A DNA stretch of 64,000 nucleotides, from NCBI GenBank assembly GCA_040954595.2, contig CM082584.2:11002552-11066551 (forward strand), in the 5' to 3' direction. The first letter of the stretch is position 1; each line of letters opens with the position of its first letter. This stretch comes from Balanoglossus misakiensis. Taxonomy: Eukaryota; Animalia; Hemichordata. The notes beneath the pieces were generated by a model. That model worked only from the letters and a program-made list of their open reading frames with translations, had not been told where the DNA came from and ran no database searches. Below, piece by piece: positions 13,142 through 24,350 of this stretch. The position numbers and the translations under genes are program-made.

Positions 13142-14733
13142 TGTCACTTTGGAGTGTGCAGGTCCCTCGCTGTATATACACCCTTTCTCGCCTGTACACC
13201 TGCTTTGGTCTTTTTTGTGGTTAAGAAGAAACCAGTAGGACACTCAGCTTCACAAAACCATCAATTACTCCTTCAGAGTGTGAAGATCTGCAGGGTAACT
13301 TGAATGAATTATCGGCGATAGCTTGGGTGTGGTTGCTTGAATCACCTGGCAGCGATACAGGCGGAGGTAGACGCCTTGCTACGCACATGAAAAAAAAAAT
13401 GATTTGTTATCTTTGCATTAAATTGGACCAGGTGTATTGTCTGAGAGGGGTAGCCAATGTCGTTTGCACAACATAGACGCATTTTCGAGTTAATAATACT
13501 GGCATGCTATAAGTTTTTGATTTGAGATAGTTCCTCATTAATTCATGAAATGTTGAAATCGATAAATTTGTTTAAGTTTCTTGTTTTTTATTATTCTTTT
13601 TTGTGTTTGTCCAGTGTTTCACACCGGACTGAATGAACTCGCTATTTACCGACACAGGTTACTTGGGTTACTTATTCACAGAGATTGATTTTCGCGACGA
13701 ATTGAATGCATGCCCCAGTTGCTAGCACCGTAAGGCGAGGAAAACCATTTCCTGTGTGTTTCGGTGTGAAGGAAATTCTTCCATCTCGACCAGATTTCAT
13801 TCGACCCCCACAGAACAAATGTTCGTGATAAAATTCAGTTGTCCGCTAAACCGAAACGGAGCGTGAAGACAAAATTCAACTAAAAAGTTATATGTACCTC
13901 TGTTTCCCCCTCCAAATGCTGGAACGAAAAATGTCGCTTTGTGAACTTTACCCTCCGAAGGCAATTCTTCATAAGCCGCCACCTGCGCGGCGCTGCCCCA
14001 AGGTTCATTGAACACGAGGAACATGTAGAGTCCGCGCAAGTGTGTTGTCAGACAATATTGCGCTTCTTGGCAACGCAGAGGAGCCAGGAGTGCTCTTTTT
14101 TAATTACATTGAAGCAACAACTTCAAGTAGTTTCCGCATTGAAATAGGTACCCTTGCATAGTTTCACGCAAACTATCACCTCGATTTGCAAGTGTCGTGT
14201 TTAAATCAGTCAAAGTGACGTTACCATGATCTGATGATGGTAACTGCAGGGCTGGCGTAATCAACCGCCGACAAGACCCCTTCCATTTTCCGATAATTAG
14301 CCGCCAGGCCAGTGCCATGTTGTTATCACCCTTCATTAGATTTCAACTTGAACTGTAATTAAAAGTGCATGCCATGTCTATCTTTACTGTTCTTGTTCAC
14401 TCGCGCAGAATTATGTCGATAGGAAGTCACGCGTCCTGACCAAGATGCCAATCGGCAAAAACGTTCGCATCATATATTTTCAATTGTACTGAAACAGCTA
14501 GAATACCGTGACTTTAATCTGGGTACACCGATCGTTTAGTGGTTTTCGACATGTTTTCGAGTTGCAATCCCCTCTCCCCCCCCCCCCCTCTCATACATAC
14601 CTCCATCCATCCATCTATACATACATGCATGCATACATGCATACATACATACACATACATAGAAATTAAACACTAAACTTTTTAATTCTTTAGATAAAGT
14701 CAAACGCGACATTAGAACAATGCATTCGAAATA

Positions 14734-16133
14734 TTAAAGTTGCGTAGTGCTATCTTGAGGTTCATCTTCTGTCATCGTCATTGCATCATTTACATAACCA
14801 TCTTGATCCTTGACTTTCCGGGCTGCCTTTCTCTGACTCCTGTAAAATTGAACCAGCGATGAGTGGCACTGTTACTTAGTAAATAATGGACAAACTCGTC
14901 TTCAAGTTGGTGTAAACCGATGGATCAGACGGATGTAGCAAATGAATGTTCCCGTTGCCGTGTTTTATGGAGAAAACCAATGAATTGTATACCGTATGCA
15001 TAGAACAGAACTCCCAAAGCAATAAGTTACAGTCTACTTGTCACAGCTTAGAGTAACGGTTGACACCATTCGTGTATGTGTTATTGTTATATCTACCCAT
15101 GGAAAGAACATCTCATTTGTCTCGAAAAAAAAACAGAGAATCCTTTCAATTTGTGTAGCCAAAGTAAATAGCGCTGTTTTAGGATGTTCTACCCCTACTA
15201 TAGCCCCTCCTCCTAGGCGAAATGGTATGTACCTCAGCCCAATGTACCATGGAATCCACGTCAGGACAAACAGCAAGAAGACCAGGGCGTAGATGACTAC
15301 GATTGTCATGGCAGGCGTCAGAATTTGATAGAAATCTTCTTGTATCTTGAAATCATCCTGTATCTTGAAATCATCCTGTAAGGGAAAGCATTGAGCCTAC
15401 GTGTCAAATTCATGAACGCTGTTGTATAGGGAAATCGTTTCCTTCGGCTTGTGGACTTTAGAAGGGTCGCCTTATGTTAATTTATGCACATGGATTCTCA
15501 TTTTTTTCAATGACGGTTCTCATAGTTTATAAGGTAAGCTGACTTCATTGGAGATAAATACGCCAGCTCAGGAAGCTTTTTTCATACACATGGCATTTTA
15601 CACAGATCTGAAAATATGTCGTAATGACATGGTTTAGGCGATTGGTGGATGCAGAATTGTGACGTTAAATCCGACATGATCAAAAGTTCTATCATACCTG
15701 AACACCGATAATCTCCTTCGTGTCTTCGCCTTTAAGAAAACAAGCAATCTTCCATTACGTAAGCAAACAACTGTCTGTTCTATTAATTTAATTTTATCGG
15801 TTATAGGTCAGTTCGATGGACGGAAACGCAATCCAAAATGCGTCCATCGTCCATCACGAGATTTTGTAACTATAAACGATAACTTGTATAGAGTTTTAAC
15901 CAGAAGAGTACGATTGACATAGAAGTTGCCAACTTTGACCCGGAGCTATATTATGTAAACGTCACGACGTCTGAAATATTCACAAATGTTAGTTATTTTG
16001 CGTTGAACTATCATAGCATTTCAAACAAGGCTGTCTGTTACTGACCTGTAGATTCATCACCAAGTACAGCAGCACACAAACTCATGATCATAGTTGACGC
16101 GACGAAAAAATGTCTCGTTGTAATGGCCGCCAT
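14734..16133 (-). CDS. 122-aa single-pass membrane protein with signal peptide and C-terminal class I PDZ-binding motif (MAP17/SMIM24-like architecture)
   Basis: Four phase-consistent GT-AG exons 16046-16133, 15698-15729, 15233-15375, 14734-14839 give MAAITTRHFFVASTMIMSLCAAVLGDESTGEDTKEIIGVQDDFKIQDDFKIQEDFYQILTPAMTIVVIYALVFLLFVLTWIPWYIGLRSQRKAARKVKDQDGYVNDAMTMTEDEPQDSTTQL*. Confidence 0.8.
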
Positions 16134-16527
16134 ATTGAACGCAGCAGAGTTTCTCGAGTAGCTCGGGTTATCTATGCAATTACGACCGACTCTTTTTCTC
16201 CAAAGTTTTGTTCCAGCCTTTCAACGTTGACAAGTCCAGCTACCAAACGAAATAATCTCGCCAGCTTGGTTTTTTGTTATAAATTCTGAGTTCGGCCTTT
16301 CCGTGGAGGACGTCCGTCTCACCTATCTATATTTTGTCGGTCGTGTTTACTTTATTAGGGCGACCAGATAATAATCCGTTATTCATTAATTATTGTCCGC
16401 TGCCATGTCATTGAGGATTATGGCGGAAACCACCTGTGCTCAGAATGGAATGTCCGGATGATACGAAATACTATACTCGACTCGCGAAAATGAAGTGTAG
16501 ACCAATGAGACTTCAAGAAAACTGCTT

Positions 16528-16695
16528 GACCAATCGCTGTCTGTATTCCTCTTCTCATTTCAATAAATCGTTGATTGGCACTCTCAGCCAGGCTTTTGAA
16601 AATCTCGGGCTTGCACTTGTTTTCTGGTGATAAGGGCGTATAGCTGACGAAGACAAGCATTTCCGTTGTGGTACATTTATTACTTGAAGGTAAGT
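16528..16695 (+). promoter_or_regulatory. CCAAT/AT-rich promoter and non-coding exon 1 of Fz-CRD gene 1
   Basis: Homologous to 18367-18530: GACCAATCG...TCAATAAAT...CTGACGAAGAC.AGCATTT.CGTTGTGG...CTTGAAG|GTA. Acceptor at 17000. Confidence 0.65.
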
Positions 16696-17045
16696 TTATA
16701 TTGCCAGGGAGAAGTTCAACACAGAGCCAGTGTTTGGGGGAGGTAGTGGGTGACGAAGTTAATATGTCTTGGAGCTTAATTGTCTTTTATTCCATTGCGT
16801 TCTAATGTTAGATTTGGATATTAAACATTTACGATCAAATGACCGTCAGAAGTTGAAGTCGATAAAGTACAGAAAAAAATGCGCTGGAAAAAAAGAGCTG
16901 AATTACTATAGAACTTTACATGCACTTTGATTTTTTATCTTCCATTCAACGTCTGTATCTCCGGTCACATATTTCACAACTTTGCGCATACTCTTTTCAG
17001 AATTGTCGACATATTTTGTGTGTGAATTGAAGGAAACAGAGCAAC

Positions 17046-17672
17046 ATGGCTATGGTTACCACAATCCAAGTACTATTTTTTCTGAGTCATCTGCTGTCTT
17101 TCGGGGTCGCTTCGAGTCCTAATCATTCTCGGTGCGAGGACGTAACGCTACCGCTGTGCAAAGACGTCCTACCGTACAACCAAACGATCTACCCCAACGT
17201 GTTGGGCCATGAAACTCAAGAAGAAGCTCTTGCAGAAATGGGGGCGCTGCACGCTCTGATGAATTCTGGCTGTTCACGTTTTCTTTCATCATTCCTCTGC
17301 GCCGTGTACGCCCCGGTCTGTACCATCCTGGAGACTGCCATCCCCCCATGCCGTTCACTGTGCCTGGAAGCAAAACGGGACTGCAAAACAGCGCTGGACG
17401 AGATGGGTCACGAGTGGCCGACGCAGTTGAGATGTCGGCAGTTTCCACAGGAATCTAACGAACGTACCCTCTGTCTGCAGTTCCACCCTGCAAACATCCC
17501 ACAAGAGCCCACCATCGGTCCGGCATCAACGTCCAACAGCGACATCTTGCGACTAGTCACGCAAACAGCTACAATCAAGTCCGCGGATGAATCGACGACT
17601 ACCGTCACTCCGAGCAAGGAAACAGTAAAACAAACTTGCACTTGTCAGTGCGAATGCACAGTAAATCCATGA
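17046..17672 (+). CDS. Secreted Frizzled-CRD protein 1 (signal peptide, 10-Cys CRD, Ser/Thr linker, CTCQCEC tail)
   Basis: Ten CRD cysteines; YAPVCTILETAIPPCRSLC resembles FZD1/2/7; no TM or netrin domain; intronless CDS. Confidence 0.9.
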   Translation: MAMVTTIQVLFFLSHLLSFGVASSPNHSRCEDVTLPLCKDVLPYNQTIYPNVLGHETQEEALAEMGALHALMNSGCSRFLSSFLCAVYAPVCTILETAIPPCRSLCLEAKRDCKTALDEMGHEWPTQLRCRQFPQESNERTLCLQFHPANIPQEPTIGPASTSNSDILRLVTQTATIKSADESTTTVTPSKETVKQTCTCQCECTVNP

Positions 17673-18366
17673 AAACAGTTACATAAACTCAGTCTAAACA
17701 AAACCTGGATCTTCTACATTGTTAAAGGCAGTATTATGGAGGCGTTAGACTTAGGGGTAACACATTTGATATTGAGGGGGGGGGGCTGTAATAGGTTAGG
17801 ACTCATTGTTTTTCGACCAATTTCTTAATATTAGTAGATAAGCAGTTGAACTTCTCGGTGGTCAAAATCAAAATGTTATCAACTTTTTTGTTGCCAGCCA
17901 ATAAAGCAAAGCATACATGTCTTGTTCATCAAATGTATTCTATCAGAACACGATTATTAATAACATCACACTTTCCATAAAAGTCTTGCTGTCAGGAAAT
18001 GACTTCACCCAATTACTTGTAATGTATCAGACTATATTTCTGTTTACTATCGGAAATTACATTTACAAGCTAGCATAAGCATATTTTTTTAATCTGTTAA
18101 TAATTGCAGAAATTTGCAGGCAATCTTTAGTGTGTGATCGTGAGAATGTACTCCATATATTAACTTCCGCTGTAATGGTCACAATATACATATCAAAGCA
18201 GTCAGGAACTTTTAATAATAATATCAGTGTTTTACGATGGGCATTCATCACTGTCTCCACTCTCTCTGCAATCTTCTTAAATTCCCTTATATGGGCCTAT
18301 TTTATATACTTTGATATCCGAGTCAACTCCACGTCATCAAATATATGTTCTTTTCCCGACTAAAAC

Positions 18367-18530
18367 GACCAATCGTAGTCCGTGCTACTATCCCCCATCT
18401 CAATAAATTGCTGTTTCCCACCCAAGTTTGTGTATTCTGGCGGCCAACACGTACCTGCTGTTTATTGAACAGTACCATCTGACGAAGACGAGCATTTTCG
18501 TTGTGGCAAGTTTGTCGCTTGAAGGTAGGC
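18367..18530 (+). promoter_or_regulatory. Promoter and non-coding exon 1 of Fz-CRD gene 2
   Basis: Duplicate of 16528-16695; donor at 18525, acceptor at 18669. Confidence 0.65.
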
Positions 18531-18687
18531 TATGTGCATATCATTCGGATGGGTTACATGTTTTTATGTATTATTAGTTTTGTCATGCCACAAACAAAAC
18601 ATATACGTACGGCCAGGATACTAAATCGGCCTTCTAAATGATAACATTGAACTTTCACTGTTTTTAAAGGGGTGTGCACGTGTTGCG

Positions 18688-19485
18688 ATGAAAGTCCATT
18701 CTGCCCGTATGATGCTTCTGAAGAAAGCAAAGAAACTGACATGCGTAGTGTTGGCCGTTTTTGCCATGTTTGGTCCTACTCCGTGTAAAACTGAGAATCG
18801 ATGCGAGCCGCTGGCTGTCCCGGTGTGCCAAGACTTGGGTACTTATGGTGACACCGTCGTGTTACCCAATCTGATGGGGCACACTTCTCAAGACGAGGCG
18901 GCACTGGCAATCAACCAGTTCTCGCCACTGCTCGAGGTCGAGTGCTCGTACTACCTCAGGGGGGTTCTCTGTCTACTGTACGCTCCACCCTGCGGTATGT
19001 CGCGACACCCTTATCCACCGTGTAGCTCACTGTGCCAGATGGTGAAAGATGATTGTGCTCCGTTGGTGAATGAAATCGGTTTCCAGTGGCCACCCTCCAT
19101 GGACTGTGAACAGTTCCCGGCGCGCTACTCTGACGGAGCACCATGTTTTGAGGTTCGAACGAACTCCTTCAGTAGTCCATATCCCGATGGTGGCTATGAC
19201 GGCGGTCCGGGATGGGGAACGACACCACCATATCAGCCACCCTACTACTTCGACTTCAGTTCTCCACCTCCCGATGGTGGCTATGGCGGCTATCCGGGAT
19301 GGGGAACGAGACCACCATATCAACCACCCTACCGCTTCGACTTCAGCTCTCCTTATCCCGATGGTGGCTATGGCGGCGGCCCATGGGGATGGGAAACGAC
19401 ACCACCATATCAGCGACCGCGCGACATCACCAGACAAAACTGCAATTGCCAGTGTGATTGTACAATAAATCCATGGCCCAGATAA
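18688..19485 (+). CDS. Secreted Frizzled-CRD protein 2 (CRD, three Gly/Pro/Tyr/Trp repeats, CNCQCDC tail)
   Basis: Hydrophobic N-terminal segment, ten-Cys CRD (PNLMGHTSQDEAALAINQFSPLL), 29-aa repeats, conserved tail. Confidence 0.9.
   Translation: MKVHSARMMLLKKAKKLTCVVLAVFAMFGPTPCKTENRCEPLAVPVCQDLGTYGDTVVLPNLMGHTSQDEAALAINQFSPLLEVECSYYLRGVLCLLYAPPCGMSRHPYPPCSSLCQMVKDDCAPLVNEIGFQWPPSMDCEQFPARYSDGAPCFEVRTNSFSSPYPDGGYDGGPGWGTTPPYQPPYYFDFSSPPPDGGYGGYPGWGTRPPYQPPYRFDFSSPYPDGGYGGGPWGWETTPPYQRPRDITRQNCNCQCDCTINPWPR
19168..19425 (+). repeat. 87-bp coding tandem repeat, about 3 copies
   Basis: Units start at 19168, 19255 and 19342; first unit encodes FSSPYPDGGYDGGPGWGTTPPYQPPYYFD. Confidence 0.95.
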
Positions 19486-21443
19486 ACCTGCATGCATGAC
19501 GTTTCATTTTAGGCGGGAAGCTCACACTTTCCGAGATCATAAAATGGACTCACCAGGTTGAAATACCACATCACGGACTGTGCAATCATCACATGTCTTA
19601 ATACTCGATGTTCTGTTACACTTAGAAATAAAATACCAACGTTAACTGATAAAGATCGTTCACCTATTATTAGGGATGGGATGGGTCATTTTGGCCACAA
19701 GAAATTTTCACATTCCTGTGGCATTTTTCAAAAAATGTGTCACTTCCCTGCCCACGAGTGTATAACTTCAATGATTTTACAAATGACAATTTGAAGCCTA
19801 AATTTGGACGGGCTTCAATATCAAACGGGACCCAGTATTGAAGACCTACTCCAGGCTCGCCTGGCCCCAGGCCAGTGTGTTTTAGATGTATAGAAATTCT
19901 ACACACTATTCTACACACAGGCTAACTCCAGGCAAACCCACCATCTCCGTTATACATGCAGTTGTCGGTGGAACTTTCGATGAACTTGCAGTGCAGTGGC
20001 AAGTGTCACCAAACTACAGCGGCGTATTAGTTCTACTGTAACATACAGGTGGTCAGAATTAATATGCAAATTGTAGGTCCGCCTGTTTACAACGAAGCGT
20101 ACGGCATTACCACCTCTTTGTGTTTGAATAGACATGTGAATGGGCACGTCGAATGTAAACTTTGAATTCTTGAAGTTCACAGAAAGGGTCATCTTCAAAC
20201 GTCATACAAGTGTTGCTTTTTCCGTGCTATGTAACACAACAATCACTTGGATGTAAGATATGATTAAGAACAAAGATCATGTAGGAGTCGTGAAAGCGGC
20301 CTACGCTATTTTCATGACCTTTATATCCTCGTACTTCCGTGGACATGAAACCATGATAAAAATAACTCTCCAAAAATGAGCAATAAGAGCACAAAATTAC
20401 CACAGGCTTTTGACAAGATCGTCTGTCCGGAAATTTCACGAGACAGGTAATTTGTCCCATTGGGTAATTGTCTGTAATTTCCTTATCCTAATAGTTTGAA
20501 ATCCAGCAAATTACTTTAATGTAATAATAACAGCGGAAAACATTTACAGGATCAAGGAGAATGTTTTCAACGACCAACTTCCCGTGTATTTCATACACCC
20601 TCTGATGGAAATCAATTTTCATACAGTTCTTTTTGGTCATTTTGTAGTCTAACATTCTCACCTTCTTAAACTCGCGAATTGCACGTACTACCGTTTTTGC
20701 ATCAGAATTGTTTGCAATTTCTGATATAAGTTTCTAGTCAGACAAATGCAAAAATTGGCTTCCCAAAACACCCCACCCTTTAATACTAGTACATGTATCA
20801 CATTTCACTCGCGGTAGTCCAGAACCAATTTAATATCATGAAATTGGCCAATGAGTTACTGATCCAATCAACAAATTGCTGCTGCATCTTCCCTGCCAAC
20901 CAGGAGACACGTTTCCCTGGTCTTTCGTTTGGGTGATACAGACCAGGAGATACCGTTCTATTAATTTGAAGCACAATTTTGCTGAAGGAACTTTGTTTGA
21001 GACTCTAGTGCCATTTGTAGGTAAGTTCTTTTTCTCAGTAGAAGTTATTTTTCGATTGCAACTGCCATTCACTTTTCTACTCTTGATTGGCTAGTATTAA
21101 ACAAGAATTGAAAAAGTTAGTATTAACATTTTGATGGTTTATAGGTTAGATTATACATAAGGTCAGATCACTGCCATCAGAGCATTTTGGCCATAGATTT
21201 TACCACGGCTATGACGTGATGTCCTTTCAATACGGATCTGATCTGTTTAGCGGTGTTTGACAAATACAGAAGGGTTTCAAAGAAAAAAAAATCAAAAATG
21301 AAAATGCTGTCGGCAGATGTGGTTATCGCGACGTTCTTATCGTACGCTCAGCGTGTCCATGTATTCTTCACTGTGACACTGTTTTTTTATTGACGATATT
21401 CGTTCCTATTTCACTCTGCGTGTATTTACAGTTCCAAGCGATA

Positions 21444-21920
21444 ATGCGACTCTCGATCAAGTCAACCAACCAATCACCGACAATGGCTGTCGGTCTGCTG
21501 TTGCTCATCACCGCAGCTTCCAGAAGCTCTGGCAGTCGCTGTGAGCCTTTGACCATTCCCATGTGCAAAGACATGGGGATTTACAACGAAACAATCGTTC
21601 CGAATGGTTTGGACCACGATACGCAAGAAGAAGCAGGGCTGGAAATTCATCAGTTCTACCCGCTGGTGCAATATGGATGTTCTCCGTACTTGCGACCCTT
21701 CCTATGTGCTCTATACGCGCCACCTTGCACGCTCACCTCTAACTTCCATACCGCCATCCCGCCGTGTCGTTCTGTGTGTCTGGCCGTCAGGGAGAGCTGT
21801 TCTGGCATCCTGCGTGATTTCGGCTTTCGCTGGCCGGAGAGACTGAGGTGCGGACGCTTCCCGAAGAACCCGAGAAAGAGACCGTGCGTGGAGTTCGATC
21901 TGGAAATCACCATCGAGTGA
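21444..21920 (+). CDS. Secreted Frizzled-CRD protein 3 (CRD only, no tail)
   Basis: Signal-like MAVGLLLLITAA; HDTQEEAGLEIHQFYPLV; ten Cys; stop shortly after the CRD. 5'UTR intron 21021-21431. Start may be 21483. Confidence 0.88.
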   Translation: MRLSIKSTNQSPTMAVGLLLLITAASRSSGSRCEPLTIPMCKDMGIYNETIVPNGLDHDTQEEAGLEIHQFYPLVQYGCSPYLRPFLCALYAPPCTLTSNFHTAIPPCRSVCLAVRESCSGILRDFGFRWPERLRCGRFPKNPRKRPCVEFDLEITIE

Positions 21921-23708
21921 TACCCACCCACCTAATGGTGACGTCACTAAAGAGACTGGTATGGCAAAAGGCGACCTAAAAGCATAAATTACAACATGAG
22001 AAAGGTGGCACGTGCATGTGAAGCCATCTCGTATTAGGTTTTCTTGATTGGTCAATTCCTTTCACTCTTCAAACACAGGTGTACAACAGGTGCATGGATG
22101 CTGTAACCTGTATTTTTATTCTCGCAAGCCAGGGTCATCTACCTCCACGACGATGGTTATTGTTTCTGTGCATCAACCACAATCGCATGGGAAGCGCGCT
22201 ATTGCGGACAATTTCCATGCGACTGTGGCTTGTATTTTTGTCCATGAATTTTGCGCTTTGTGATTTGTTGCCTTACCACACACTCCCTGAGTATGTTGAC
22301 GAGTAATAAAATGAAGTCAATATTCTGTTTGCCAAAATTGCCTTCACGTGTGTAAATATTCACATATATAGGGTGTGTAAAAAAAACCACAGAACACAAA
22401 TAATTTCAAGATATATTCCCAGGGGCCAATCTGTCAAGTGACGTGAAACTGGATTGTATTTAAATTTGGAATGTTTACTATAAAAAGTCAATCCGCCAAC
22501 ATCAATGAAGTTTCCGAACCCTTGTCAACAAACAGGCGTTTTAGAATTTGTGATTTACATACATACATTCCCCTATCCTACCCACGTCAGAATGAAACGT
22601 CCCTTTTGATAAGTTGTTATGGTGACCAAGTATCATATTTCAGTTGTTAGAGTCACATGTGTATAAGAACCAATAAACATGCACTATTATAAGTAATTAC
22701 CGGCTCAATCATATCACCAACTCTCTTCTGCTCTGCATTGGTGATCACACTGCTTTGAGTCTTTCTCACGTATACTGCATTTCTTGAATTGGATTTTCAA
22801 AAGTATCATCTTGGAAAGAAAGGGGTTCTTCATTTATCACTGTCATACAATTGGAGGTAAGTTGTGATGTGTTCTTTTAATTTGGTGCACAAGGATAAAA
22901 CTCAAAGTGTAATGGGTTTTAGGTGAACTGGCCGTACAACACCGATATAAGCTGCATAAAAAACAGTTGTGGGCCGTTGGTGTTGGACTTGCTTCCGAGG
23001 CAAAATCTCGAGCTACTGAACTGCAGCTATAATATGATCGTCCTAACACTCACCAAGTAGCCTGGTATATCTTGTATGCCTATATTTGAATTCTCTACTA
23101 TTGGAATTAAAAACCTCTTCAAAGTCAGGAGCTTTGTCATTAATTTTTATGGGTTGAAGTCAAAGATGAAGACTAGTTCAAAGACACGAACAACCTCGAC
23201 TGTTTCGCTGGTCGAAGGGTTAATGGATTTGAAGGGCGGTTGCTCTGTTTTGGACCGAAACACTCAGTAGGCGAGTCATTGGTGTGTCGGTTCAATTACT
23301 GTTGGTATGCTGTAGACTGGTTTGTTTTGACAGAAAGAGCGCATACCCTCGAGATAGGGCTGGACATGAACGAGCAGATAACAAGAAACATATGTGAAAC
23401 CACAGGCCCTCGAGGGTACATGGTAAACTGCAGCACGCTGACCTTTAGTGCCACAAGCCTCTTCGTATGTCTCCACTGATATCAACCTCCTTCAATCATT
23501 GTCAATCATTTCAACTCTCCCCTACTGTAAACAAACGTGCAATCTGATTAACAACAGAAACAGAAGCTGCCTTTATCTCATGTAGTGGACTGGTGGGTCT
23601 TTGCTGTATCTAAGTGGCGCAATCTCCTCTCAACAGAAACAGAAGACTTGAGCAGGCGACATTATTGCTGTTAATATCTTACTCTTTCTTTTGTGTAGTC
23701 TTACTGCC

Positions 23709-24350
23709 ATGGAAACCAAACCAAGCCACAAGCTGGGTGTGAAGTCCCACATCTACCTCATTATTGTACTATCCATCCTCATCGCACTGGGTCCTGCGCC
23801 TAGCAACTGCGACTATCGATGCGAGCCTATAACAATTCCATTGTGTCAAGGTCTGGAATATTCTGAAGCGATGTTTCCGAATCTTCTGAATCACACAGAG
23901 CAAGACGACGCGGGACTGGAAGTTCATCAGTTTTTCCCGTTGGTCAAGGTCGACTGTTCGCCCTATCTGAAGTTGTTTCTGTGTCACGTGTACGCTCCGC
24001 CGTGCAGCTATAGAAATCGCCCCGTCCCTCCGTGTCGCCAGATGTGCCGGTTGGCCAGAAACGGGTGCGCTGATTTGATGAGCAGGTTCGGCTTCATGTG
24101 GCCCGACTCCCTCAACTGCAGAAACTTCCCCAGAAACAGTGAACAACCGTGCATCGAGGTGGAGGAAGACTTAGAAGACACAAACAGTCAGCCCTCCGAT
24201 GATGATGATGTCGTTGCCGGAGAAACCAGTTCCACCCAAGCTGCACAGACAGCTTCGATGTACGAAGCGCTTACAAGTCTCCCAGGCCCCGGGAATAGAA
24301 GTACAAAACAAACATGCAACTGTCAGTGTGAATGCACAATAAATCCTTAA
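23709..24350 (+). CDS. Secreted Frizzled-CRD protein 4 (CRD, acidic linker, CNCQCEC tail)
   Basis: Signal peptide; QDDAGLEVHQFFPLVKVDCS is close to canonical FZD1/2/7; splice acceptor at 23698 just before the ATG. Confidence 0.92.
   Translation: METKPSHKLGVKSHIYLIIVLSILIALGPAPSNCDYRCEPITIPLCQGLEYSEAMFPNLLNHTEQDDAGLEVHQFFPLVKVDCSPYLKLFLCHVYAPPCSYRNRPVPPCRQMCRLARNGCADLMSRFGFMWPDSLNCRNFPRNSEQPCIEVEEDLEDTNSQPSDDDDVVAGETSSTQAAQTASMYEALTSLPGPGNRSTKQTCNCQCECTINP

Noticed and set aside
15034-15309. ORF resembling a GPCR TM6 fragment (VFLLFVLTWIP)
   Set aside because: Better explained as the TM exon of the four-exon micro-protein, since splice phases fit on both sides.
21918-21990. Possible frameshifted tail after Fz-CRD gene 3 (GDVTKETG in another frame)
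   Set aside because: No cysteines and the similarity is too weak to call a remnant.
22367-22660. TATAGGGTGTG start resembling a Tc1/mariner terminal repeat
   Set aside because: I could not find a matching second terminus.
17046-24350. Reading the CRD genes as ROR1 remnants (ROR1 neighbours PGM1 in human), classical sFRPs or pseudogenes
   Set aside because: The CRDs are FZD-type, there is no Ig, kringle, kinase or netrin sequence, and all four ORFs keep a signal-like segment and ten cysteines.
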